A stretch of 24,000 bases of DNA from Desulfofundulus kuznetsovii DSM 6115 (GTDB lineage Bacteria > Bacillota > Desulfotomaculia > Desulfotomaculales > Desulfovirgulaceae): the NCBI RefSeq assembly GCF_000214705.1, contig NC_015573.1:1798911-1822910 (forward strand), given 5' to 3'. The position numbers and the translations under genes are program-made. Each line of letters begins with the position of its first letter. Within the stretch, counting starts at the first letter, position 1. Positions 1 through 6,670 of this stretch are shown piece after piece. The notes under the pieces are model-generated. The model was not told the origin of the DNA. It saw only the letters and a program-made list of their open reading frames with translations, and did no database searches.

Positions 1-565
1 TATCTCTCGCCCTTGCTTCCAAACCGGGCAGTACCGTGGAAGCGATAAACTCTTCATCCTCCTCCTCGTATACCCCGGTGCGCTGCCAGTCTTTTTCGCC
101 GGGAACAAAGACTTCCACCAGCCGCTCCTGCGGGTCTACAAGCCAGAATTCCCGCACCCCGCTCTTGAAATACTGCCGGCTTTTCCTGCCCCGGTCCCGC
201 CGGATGGTGCCCGGGGAAAGAACTTCCACCACCAGGTCCGGAGCGCCGTTGATCCGTGTTTCTTCTATAATACCCAGCCGCTCCTTGCTGATAAAAATTA
301 TATCAGGCTGGAAAGTGTTCTTTTTTACCGGTTCGTCCAAGACCACATCCAGGGGAGCAAAAAAAACTTGCCCGGAGCCGGTTCTCTGGGCATATTGATC
401 AATTATCTTAAAAAGCCTGCCCACCAAAAGCTGATGTCGTGTGCCCGGCGACGGCGTCAAGACCAGTTCCCCCTCGATCAGTTCATAACGGTTGCCATCG
501 TCTATCTTCAAATAGTCGTCGTAAGTATAGAACTTTTTGACTTCTTCAGCGGGCTGAGTTACCAC
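1..565 (-). CDS. Uma2-family (DUF820, PD-(D/E)XK-like) endonuclease, copy A; 3' end runs off the window start
   Basis: Missing from the ORF track because no stop codon lies inside the window. My minus-strand translation from GTG 565 (RBS AAAGGGGGA just upstream) gives 188 uninterrupted codons: VVTQPAEEVKKFYTYDDYLKIDDGNRYELIEGELVLTPSPGTRHQ...FQPDIIFISKERL...GAPDLVVEVLSPG...EFWLVDP. It is collinear with ORF 2117..2785. Confidence 0.8.
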   Translation of the reverse strand, partial: MVTQPAEEVKKFYTYDDYLKIDDGNRYELIEGELVLTPSPGTRHQLLVGRLFKIIDQYAQRTGSGQVFFAPLDVVLDEPVKKNTFQPDIIFISKERLGIIEETRINGAPDLVVEVLSPGTIRRDRGRKSRQYFKSGVREFWLVDPQERLVEVFVPGEKDWQRTGVYEEEDEEFIASTVLPGLEARARD

Positions 566-621
566 GGGCTATCCCCCTTTCATCGCAACGCTGCCCCGAC
601 AGACATCACTCCTGATACACA

Positions 622-834
622 AAGTTTACAACATCCAGCCTGGTCGTGCAAGACGACGCAAGGCGAACGGCGCAGGACGTTATGTCCGGAAGGTCCTTCC
701 AAAACCACGTCGGCGGGGGCAAACAAAACCTTTCCGTCAATGCTTTTGCCGGAGTATGCTTTAGTCCTGCCGCTCATCTTTTTCCAGTGTATCTTATGCC
801 GGGAGCAGCGCAATAAACCTGGCCAGGCCCAGTA
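622..834. repeat. Segmental duplication, copy A (paralogous to 2833..3039)
   Basis: By-eye alignment runs from AAGTTTACAACA... through GGAAGGTCC, CGGGGGCAAA and TTAGTCCTGCCGCTCATCTT to GCCGGGAGCAGCGCAATAAACCTGGCCAGGC(C/T)CAGTA. Similarity stops abruptly after CAGTA (834 / 3039). Confidence 0.8.
761..834 (-). pseudogene. 3'-terminal remnant of a channel-like membrane protein gene (paralog of 2966..3637)
   Basis: The minus strand reads ..LLGLARFIALLPA*, versus ..LLSLARFIALLPAPGTMDKDERQD* in the intact gene. Only about 25 codons are left and there is no upstream coding continuation. Confidence 0.7.
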
Positions 835-895
835 AAAGTGCCTGGCACCAGACATAACCGGGCTATTATGCTTTTCGTGTTTTTGGAAAGGTCTG

Positions 896-925
896 TTGTC
901 AAAACCTGGTGATAGGGGGTATAAT
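896..925 (+). promoter_or_regulatory. Putative sigma-70-type promoter for the MNT/HepT pair
   Basis: TTGTCA (896-901), an 18-nt spacer, then TATAAT (920-925), about 40 nt upstream of ATG 967. Confidence 0.45.
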
Positions 926-966
926 TTAAGCATCGTGAATATCCCGGTTACAAGGGACGTGGGACG

Positions 967-1377
967 ATGAACAATTACCGGAAATACCTGCAGGGCCACC
1001 TGAAAGAAGTGGCCCGGGAAGAAAAAGAACTGGAGCAAAAAGCAGGCTTGGCCCGGGAAAAGGCCGGGGAAATAGCCCGGCAGCTTGCCCGCCGGTTCGG
1101 CGTGACAAAGGTCTGCCTTTTCGGGTCCCTGGCCGCGGGTGATTTTGATCAGTTTTCGGACATAGATCTGGCCGTGGCCGGACTCCCGGAAAAGGAATAC
1201 CTGAAGGCCTACGGGCTGGCGGAAGAGATGGCCCGCCCCTTTGCGGTGGATCTGGTGCTCCTGGAAAATGCCGTGGAAACATTAAAGGAACGGGTGCAAA
1301 AAGAAGGGATTGTCTTATATGACCGCCAGGGAGAGGAAAATAGCCCGCTTAAAACGCCTGATATCGGAAATAAATGA
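967..1377 (+). CDS. mntA: Nucleotidyltransferase (MNT/MntA-type antitoxin of HEPN-MNT type VII TA systems)
   Basis: Carries the pol-beta-fold NTase signature GSLAAGDF(x5)SDIDLAV. It is small (136 aa) and sits directly upstream of, and overlapping, a HEPN-motif gene. Confidence 0.8.
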   Translation: MNNYRKYLQGHLKEVAREEKELEQKAGLAREKAGEIARQLARRFGVTKVCLFGSLAAGDFDQFSDIDLAVAGLPEKEYLKAYGLAEEMARPFAVDLVLLENAVETLKERVQKEGIVLYDRQGEENSPLKTPDIGNK

Positions 1378-1843
1378 AGACTTGAGGGCAATTGATCAGA
1401 TTGCCGGTAAAGCCCGGGCTTTATTAGAGGAAGTGAATGCCAGAACCGGTCCCGTGCCCGACCGAGATCTGATGGCCATGGCAGCCTATTTGCATCATTT
1501 TTACACGGGTGTGGAATCAATGTTCGAACGCATTTCGCGCCAGATCGACGGCGGGCCGGTTAAGGCCGGAGACTGGCACCGGGAACTTTTAAGAAGCATG
1601 GCCGTAGAACTGGAAGGACTGCGGCCCGGGGTCATATCCCGAGAATTAATGGAAGAGCTGGATGAATACCGCCGCTTCCGCCACCTTTTCCGCCATGCCT
1701 ATGCCGGTGAGCTGCGCTGGATGAAAATGTGCCACCTGGCGGAAAATATGGGCGATATCCTAGGTCTTTTAAAGGGCAAAATGGACCAGTTCAAGACATT
1801 TGTTACGGGTGTGATCGAAGAACTGGAAAAGAACATTGAATAA
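1319..1843 (+). CDS. hepT: HepT-like HEPN ribonuclease toxin
   Basis: Rx4HxY HEPN motif in EYRRFRHLFRHAY, paired with the NTase gene. The track starts at TTG 1310. I prefer ATG 1319, preceded by GAAGGGA, though the start remains uncertain. Confidence 0.7.
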   Translation: MTARERKIARLKRLISEINEDLRAIDQIAGKARALLEEVNARTGPVPDRDLMAMAAYLHHFYTGVESMFERISRQIDGGPVKAGDWHRELLRSMAVELEGLRPGVISRELMEELDEYRRFRHLFRHAYAGELRWMKMCHLAENMGDILGLLKGKMDQFKTFVTGVIEELEKNIE

Positions 1844-2116
1844 TCGCAGTTTTACCAGTGGGCCTGTTTTTTACAAAAAGCATTGGTGAATGGGTGATTA
1901 TACGCATGGGCGTCTACCTGGGATTGGACATTTTGCCGTGGGAGATCAAATAATCAATGCCTTTCCCCTACCCGTCCTGCGCCTTGGCTACGAAGAAAAG
2001 TTTGGTTATCGCCGGCTTCTGCTCAATCTTCCTTCCAATAAGGTCAGATGGCTAAAAAGGTGAATCCGTTATCATTAATATTAGCCCCGGAAGAGCAGGA
2101 GCCGTTATTTACAAGC

Positions 2117-2785
2117 TCAGATCACTCCCATCTCGCGCAGTGCCTCCACCCCGGCCGGGGGCGGGTCCTGCCAGAGCCAGGCCGTTTTCAGCCGGAGGCC
2201 GGGGATAACTTCGGAATGGTAGACTCCTCCGGCACCGGCGGTGTGCAGCCGGTAGCGCTCCTCTTCCCCCAGGCGGTAAAATTCCGCCTGCTGCCGGTCG
2301 GGATCGATCAGCCAGTACTCCTTAACTCCCGCCGCTTCGTACTCCACGTATTTCTCGCCACGGTCCCGGGCGAAACTTTCCGGGGAGGTGATCTCCACCA
2401 CCAGGTCCGGAGCGCCGTCGAAATAAGTGGGCTTCAACCGGTGCAACCGCTCCCTGCTGATAAACACGATGTCCGGCTCGCGCCCCCGTTCTTGTGGTGC
2501 AGGCAGCTTGATGGTAAAAGGCGCCGGAATTACTTCGCCCAACTGCCGCATGAGAACGAAGTTTCCCAGCAAATCTCCCAGGAACCTGGCAATTTGCTGG
2601 TGCTTCACCCCCGCCGGGGTAAGGACCACCACCTCCCCGTCCACCCACTCCGCCCAGGTATCCTCGTCTCCCCACGCCAGGAACTCTTCGAAGGTCATGC
2701 GGCCCGGCGTCTTTTCGGATTCCCGGTCAACCGCATAAGCTGCGCTGGTCTCCCGCACCGCTTCTTTTCCGGCCTGAATGCTCAT
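2117..2785 (-). CDS. Uma2-family (DUF820) endonuclease, copy B
   Basis: 222-aa ORF with Uma2-type motifs: EWVDGEVVVLTPAG..H, EPDIVFISRERL, GAPDLVVEITSPES, EYWLIDP. It shares a 24-nt identical block (2395-2418 = 226-249) with copy A across the APDLVVE motif. Confidence 0.85.
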   Translation of the reverse strand: MSIQAGKEAVRETSAAYAVDRESEKTPGRMTFEEFLAWGDEDTWAEWVDGEVVVLTPAGVKHQQIARFLGDLLGNFVLMRQLGEVIPAPFTIKLPAPQERGREPDIVFISRERLHRLKPTYFDGAPDLVVEITSPESFARDRGEKYVEYEAAGVKEYWLIDPDRQQAEFYRLGEEERYRLHTAGAGGVYHSEVIPGLRLKTAWLWQDPPPAGVEALREMGVI

Positions 2786-2832
2786 GTACTCACCTCCCGA
2801 CCGGCAGGACTAATGAAATACATCGATATACT

Positions 2833-3039
2833 AAGTTTACAACAACCCAACCGGCCGGGCAAGGTGACCCAAGGTGAAACGGGGCAGGATGTTCACCCGG
2901 AAGGTCCATCCACGTCAACGGGGGCAAATTAAATCTTCCCGGCTATGCTTTGCCGGCGTATGTTTTTAGTCCTGCCGCTCATCTTTATCCATCGTACCGG
3001 GTGCCGGGAGCAGCGCAATAAACCTGGCCAGGCTCAGTA
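2833..3039. repeat. Segmental duplication, copy B (paralogous to 622..834)
   Basis: See copy A. This copy covers the Uma2-B upstream region plus the true 3' end of gene 2966..3637. Confidence 0.8.
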
Positions 3040-3637
3040 GCGTCATAAACAGCCCGGTTATCGACTGCGCCCACAAAACATACAGACCGATTATTGTCTG
3101 GGCTTTTATGCCGGGAGAACCGAAATTGGTCATGACCACAAAACTGGAGTAAATTATCTCAACCAATGACCCATTCATATTTTCAAATCTAAATTCACCC
3201 GCCAGGACAAGGTAAGCAGCCGCGAACCAGAATATTATTTCAAAATAATTATGCAAAAGCAGCAGAACGGTCCGGCGGTAGCTTCGCACGGAATAGTCCC
3301 TGCTCCGGGCCCTGGCCCTGTGCTCATCAAATAAAAGGACGTTTACCTGGTAGACGGTAATTTCAAAGATCCTCAGGAAGGCATAGACCAGAATAAAATA
3401 ACGCAGGGGGTTAAAATCTATATACCTGATCAATACTACGGCTAAAAAAGATGCGATTAAGTGACCCAACACCCACGCGTCTACAAATATATAACGTTTC
3501 TGGTTACAGAGCCGGTTACGGAATAAATAGCTGATCAATTGGAACAAAGATATCCATTTCAAAACAGCGAAAATCCCGGCCCAGAAGTCTACTATAAACG
3601 TTCGTTCCTCAAGTGTTCGTTCATCCCGGCTGTCCAT
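2966..3637 (-). CDS. Integral membrane protein with a degenerate K+-channel-like pore region
   Basis: About five hydrophobic helices. Between the last two lies SLVEIIYSSFVVMTNFGSPGIKAQ, which resembles a pore helix plus filter (canonical ..TxTTVGYGD) but has TNFGSPG instead. AT-richer than the flanks and 24 nt downstream of gene 3662..4594. Confidence 0.6.
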   Translation of the reverse strand: MDSRDERTLEERTFIVDFWAGIFAVLKWISLFQLISYLFRNRLCNQKRYIFVDAWVLGHLIASFLAVVLIRYIDFNPLRYFILVYAFLRIFEITVYQVNVLLFDEHRARARSRDYSVRSYRRTVLLLLHNYFEIIFWFAAAYLVLAGEFRFENMNGSLVEIIYSSFVVMTNFGSPGIKAQTIIGLYVLWAQSITGLFMTLLSLARFIALLPAPGTMDKDERQD

Positions 3638-3661
3638 TATTCACCGTTCCAGATTATGGAA

Positions 3662-4594
3662 CTATAACCTCTCTTTCAGCGCTATAATAACCAGTTCCGA
3701 ACGTTCAAAGCCGGTAGCCAAGGACAGCAGATCCAGCCTTCCCTTTACATCCGGCCGAAATCGCGGCGTCAACAGATATGTACCCTTTGGGGTTCTTTCG
3801 TGTTTTAACAGCCAGCGGTAGCGTCTGGCGGCATCACACACGTTTTCCACCCACTGTTTGTCCATCCATTCGCTCAGCAAATTATTCAACAAACTGGAAT
3901 AACCCTCTCCCCGAAGTCGATCATACAGGTCATAGGGCAGATAAATGGATGTCCGGCAGGTTCCCCGGTGAATTCCGGCAAGTTCCTGCCACTGAATTGC
4001 CCATTGCCTCCATTGTTCAGCCATACTTTTCCTGAACATGCTGGTGTGCATCAGCGGTTCAACCAGTGCCTGAAATTTCCGCACCTCAAGACGCGAAGAA
4101 ATGTCCAGTCTTCCCTGTCCATCGATGTTTGCAGAAATATTAAATTTACTTTGCAGCAGGAACCTGAGAAAAGACTTTTCCTCCAGAGTATAGGATTCCG
4201 TGGATAATATTACCCGGCGGCCGCCCTCTTTTAAGTTTCCGTCATCCTGAAACCAGATGGCAAGCCCATCCGCTTCTAAATTTTGGGCAACCCAATCCAT
4301 GGGGATTACTTTGCGCCCTTTATACCAGGTGGGGTACAATTTTTTCAGTAAAGGGGAAGTCCTGGACTGGCACAAAACCCTTACGTACTTCTTCTGCGTT
4401 CTGCGGTCAAAATTACTTCTAACCTGCATCCCGTTGGGGCCATAAGGCAGATAGTTTGCAAACAAATGAAAGCAATACTCGGCGTAGCTCTTATCTGCCA
4501 GCGCATGAATAAAACAAAACCGCGGGGCCCTGTGGGTCACGTTCATATACCCGTCGCCCAGCATTTTTCCGGCAAAGAGGGAAGCAAAAGCCAA
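3662..4594 (-). CDS. Free-standing double-motif LAGLIDADG homing-endonuclease-like protein with a C-terminal extension holding two RHH-like motifs
   Basis: Two LAGLIDADG-type motifs at the usual spacing: SLFAGKMLGDGYM and ADGLAIWFQDDGNL. The flanking pattern is also typical (YPTWYKGRKVIP, LSTESYTLEE, FNISANI). The C-terminal ~115 aa contain TSIYLPYDLYDRLRGEGYSSLLNNLLSEWM and LTPRFRPDVKGRLDLLSLATGFERSELVIIALKERL, both with a strand-helix-turn-helix RHH pattern. TTG start at 4594 with GGTGA 6 nt upstream. Confidence 0.7.
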   Translation of the reverse strand: MAFASLFAGKMLGDGYMNVTHRAPRFCFIHALADKSYAEYCFHLFANYLPYGPNGMQVRSNFDRRTQKKYVRVLCQSRTSPLLKKLYPTWYKGRKVIPMDWVAQNLEADGLAIWFQDDGNLKEGGRRVILSTESYTLEEKSFLRFLLQSKFNISANIDGQGRLDISSRLEVRKFQALVEPLMHTSMFRKSMAEQWRQWAIQWQELAGIHRGTCRTSIYLPYDLYDRLRGEGYSSLLNNLLSEWMDKQWVENVCDAARRYRWLLKHERTPKGTYLLTPRFRPDVKGRLDLLSLATGFERSELVIIALKERL

Positions 4595-4667
4595 GGAAGT
4601 TCACCACTTTTTAAGAAAAATCATCTTTCATGCCTGGCATAAAAATGGATCTCTGGTGATAATTTTT

Positions 4668-4696
4668 TTGATTTCTTTGGCCTCCTAATTTACATT
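4668..4696 (+). promoter_or_regulatory. Putative sigma-70 promoter of a candidate small RNA
   Basis: TTGATT (4668-4673), a 17-nt spacer, then TACATT (4691-4696), preceded by a T-rich tract. Confidence 0.35.
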
Positions 4697-4702
4697 CAGA
4701 AC

Positions 4703-4775
4703 CATCCCCAATGTGATTTAAATTGGGGGTGAAGTACCCCGCCAGAGAAAGCTGTCACCAGCTCCCTCTTTTTTT
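4703..4775 (+). ncRNA. Candidate ~70-nt small RNA: two hairpins, the second an intrinsic terminator
   Basis: Hairpin 1 is CCCCAAT-9 nt-ATTGGGG (4706-4728). Hairpin 2 is AGAGAAAGCTG-TCAC-CAGCTCCCTCT (4744-4769), followed by T6-7 (4769-4775). No plus-strand gene lies upstream that it could terminate. Confidence 0.3.
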
Positions 4776-4909
4776 CACATTATAACCCCGTGTGAAATGA
4801 TGCGCCTCAGTTTCCTGAGGAAAAGAACGGCAGGGCGGGGATTCTCAAAGTTAAGAGAATTGCCAAAAGCCATTTTGACATTGGCAATCACCCCCTTATC
4901 TGTTAAACT

Positions 4910-5110
4910 CAAATTAGATAGCAGGAAAGCTAGCCCAAGCTAGCCAAAAATATAGCCAAAGGTTTCCGGGAAAAGGATTTCACCTCCTGACAGTTCGACT
5001 GCTTACAAAAGAGCTACCTTTCCCGGATCAAATTTGCAGACTGCGGTTCATAGAAGGGTTGTGCTTCGAGCACCACGTTAGATAAGGCCCACTGCCAGTC
5101 TGCAGCCAAT
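4910..5110 (+). ncRNA. Candidate IS110 bridge RNA in the left-end non-coding region
   Basis: A 223-nt untranslated left end upstream of the recombinase. It has a 5' hairpin GCTAGC-CCAA-GCTAGC (4929-4944). Stem 4965-4976/5017-5027 encloses a ~40-nt loop. Stem 5035-5043/5096-5104 encloses an inner hairpin GTGCT-TCG-AGCAC with two internal loops. Confidence 0.4.
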
Positions 5111-5132
5111 CTCTATACCGGAGGTTCTCGAC

Positions 5133-6341
5133 ATGTACTTCGTAGGGATTGACTGGTCTGACCTGCATCATGACGTAGCTGTGCTTGATGAAAAAGGTCA
5201 CGAGCTAAAATATTTCACCATCCCTCACAACAGAAAAGGCATGGAGTTATTAAAGGAAAGGCTCTTGAGCATCGATCCCGAACCGGAAAACTTCGCCTGC
5301 CTGCTCGAAACCAAAAACGGTCTTCTGGTGCAGTTTCTGCTGGAAGCCGGCTTTCCGGTTTACCCGCTCAACCCGAAGATTGTGGATTACCGGCGAAAGC
5401 CCTCCGGGGCAAAGAGCGACCCCATCGATGCCCGGCTGCTGGCCAACATCGGCCGTTCCGACCTGGCGCAGTTGAAGAGGCTTAAGCCAGATGCGGAACT
5501 GATCGCGGAACTAAAGATGCTCACCCGGGACCAGGACAGCCTGATCCAGGAATCCACCCGGCTGACCAATAAGCTCATAGCTTGCCTGAAGGAGTATTAC
5601 CCGGTAGCCCTGGAATTCTTCTCGAAGCCAACCCTGCCGGTAGCCCTGGAATTTTTCAAGCTTTACCCCACCCCGGATCTGGTCAGGGAAGCTACCGTCC
5701 CGGAGATGGCCGCTTTTCTGAAAAAGCATAAACATCCCCGGCCCAACCAAACGGCCATCTCCATCTGGCAGAAGGTGCATGAGCCGCAGCTTCAGGCCAG
5801 CGCTCCCACCGTGCGGGCAAAAGGCCGCTTAATGCTCGCCCTGGTGAGACAGTTAGAGGTAGTACAGGAGCAAATCGCTGCTTACGACGAGGAGATCAAC
5901 CGCCTTTTTCAGCAGCACTCCGACAGCAGGATCTTCGCTAGCCTGCCAGGGGCGGCCGGGCGGCTTGCGCCAAGACTGCTGGCGGAGTGGGGGGACGACC
6001 GGGAACGTTACGAAAATGCGGCCGTGGTCCAGGCTTTAGCGGGTACCTCGCCGGTTCTCTTTCAAAGCGGCAAGTACCGCTTTGCCAGGCAGCGCAGATC
6101 CTGCGTAAAACCTTTCCGACGAGCTCTGCACCTGTTCGCCTTCCAGAGCATCAGGCAGGTTTCCTGGGCACGGGAATATTACGACACCAAGAGAAGCCAG
6201 GGCAAAACCCACCATGAGGCTTTGCGGGCATTGGCAAATATCTGGGTACGAATAATCTTTGCCATGTGGAAAAACCGTACTTGCTACGACGAAGCCACAT
6301 TTCTCGCAGCCCGTGCCAGGCATCTTAGTCGGGCAGCATGA
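5133..6341 (+). CDS. IS110-family DEDD transposase/recombinase
   Basis: N-terminal RuvC-like MYFVGIDWSDLHHDVAVLDEKG. The C-terminal Transposase_20-like region reads LASLPGAAGRLAPRLLAEWGDDRERY...LAGTSPVLFQSGK. RBS GGAGG lies upstream of ATG 5133. Confidence 0.9.
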   Translation: MYFVGIDWSDLHHDVAVLDEKGHELKYFTIPHNRKGMELLKERLLSIDPEPENFACLLETKNGLLVQFLLEAGFPVYPLNPKIVDYRRKPSGAKSDPIDARLLANIGRSDLAQLKRLKPDAELIAELKMLTRDQDSLIQESTRLTNKLIACLKEYYPVALEFFSKPTLPVALEFFKLYPTPDLVREATVPEMAAFLKKHKHPRPNQTAISIWQKVHEPQLQASAPTVRAKGRLMLALVRQLEVVQEQIAAYDEEINRLFQQHSDSRIFASLPGAAGRLAPRLLAEWGDDRERYENAAVVQALAGTSPVLFQSGKYRFARQRRSCVKPFRRALHLFAFQSIRQVSWAREYYDTKRSQGKTHHEALRALANIWVRIIFAMWKNRTCYDEATFLAARARHLSRAA

Positions 6342-6376
6342 TGTTAAATATTCGGTTTTCAATGTTCTTTAGCCGC

Positions 6377-6438
6377 CGGCGAGGGCTGGATTTTAATCTG
6401 GCCCTCGCCGGGCGGAGCGGGCGAAGCCCGTCCTTTTT
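6377..6438 (+). terminator. Tandem hairpins / intrinsic terminator after the IS110 transposase gene
   Basis: CGGCGAGGGC-14 nt-GCCCTCGCCG (6377-6410), then CGGGC-GAA-GCCCG (6418-6430), followed by TCCTTTTT. Confidence 0.55.
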
Positions 6439-6670
6439 AAAAACCGCGAACACTTGTACTACCTAAAATTTTTTGATAAACCTATTGACATAGAAGGTCT
6501 TTTATGCAAGTATTAAACTTATCTGCCGGTGCTGCCAATATTGGATCCTGCCGCCGGGCCTGCCTGGCGTGGGGGTTAACAAGTTAAGTGCCTGGCACTA
6601 GGTTCGACATTGCTTCCGGCTTACGCAAGCTCGGGTAGAATACCGAACTGGCCCTGTCACTGATTGGAAT

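Larger units (their letters stand above)
4903..6519 (+). mobile_element. IS110-family insertion sequence (~1.61 kb); ends ambiguous within a 7-nt repeat
   Basis: The left junction reads CTTATCTG|TTAAACT (4895-4909) and the right junction reads TTAAACT|TATCTG (6513-6525). The same two motifs occur in swapped order, implying an empty site ..CCCCTTATCTGTTAAACTTATCTGCCGG... There are no terminal inverted repeats, as expected for IS110. A single DEDD transposase gene sits inside. Confidence 0.55.

Noticed and set aside
622-760. Possibility that the conserved Uma2-upstream segment is a riboswitch or structured RNA
   Set aside because: The helices I could draw in one copy (e.g. GGAC-AUAAC-GUCC) are not maintained by compensatory changes in the other. 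The similarity is better explained by recent duplication.
843-848. TGGCAC motif in GTGCCTGGCAC (also at 6593-6598), which looks like a sigma-54 -24 box and is shared by two intergenic sites
   Set aside because: No TTGC(A/T) -12 element lies at the required 5-nt spacing in either copy. An 11-nt near-palindrome occurring twice is within chance for this window.
36-1282. Track ORFs 36..398(+), 368..835(+), 580..1038(-), 926..1282(-)
   Set aside because: They are antisense to Uma2 copy A or to mntA, or span the duplicated non-coding region. Their composition is low-complexity Pro/Arg/Ser. The real gene here (1..565 minus) is absent from the track only because it lacks an in-window stop.
1890-2063. 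57-codon plus-strand ORF (MGDYTHGRLPGIGHFAVGDQIINAFPLPVL..) between hepT and Uma2-B
   Set aside because: GGTGA directly abuts the ATG with no spacer, and no motif was recognised. It may be a gene remnant, but the evidence is insufficient.
2048-2932. 294-aa plus-strand ORF
   Set aside because: It lies entirely antisense to the well-supported Uma2 gene 2117..2785. It is Pro/Gly/Arg-rich, as is typical of shadow frames in GC-rich DNA, and has no recognisable motif.
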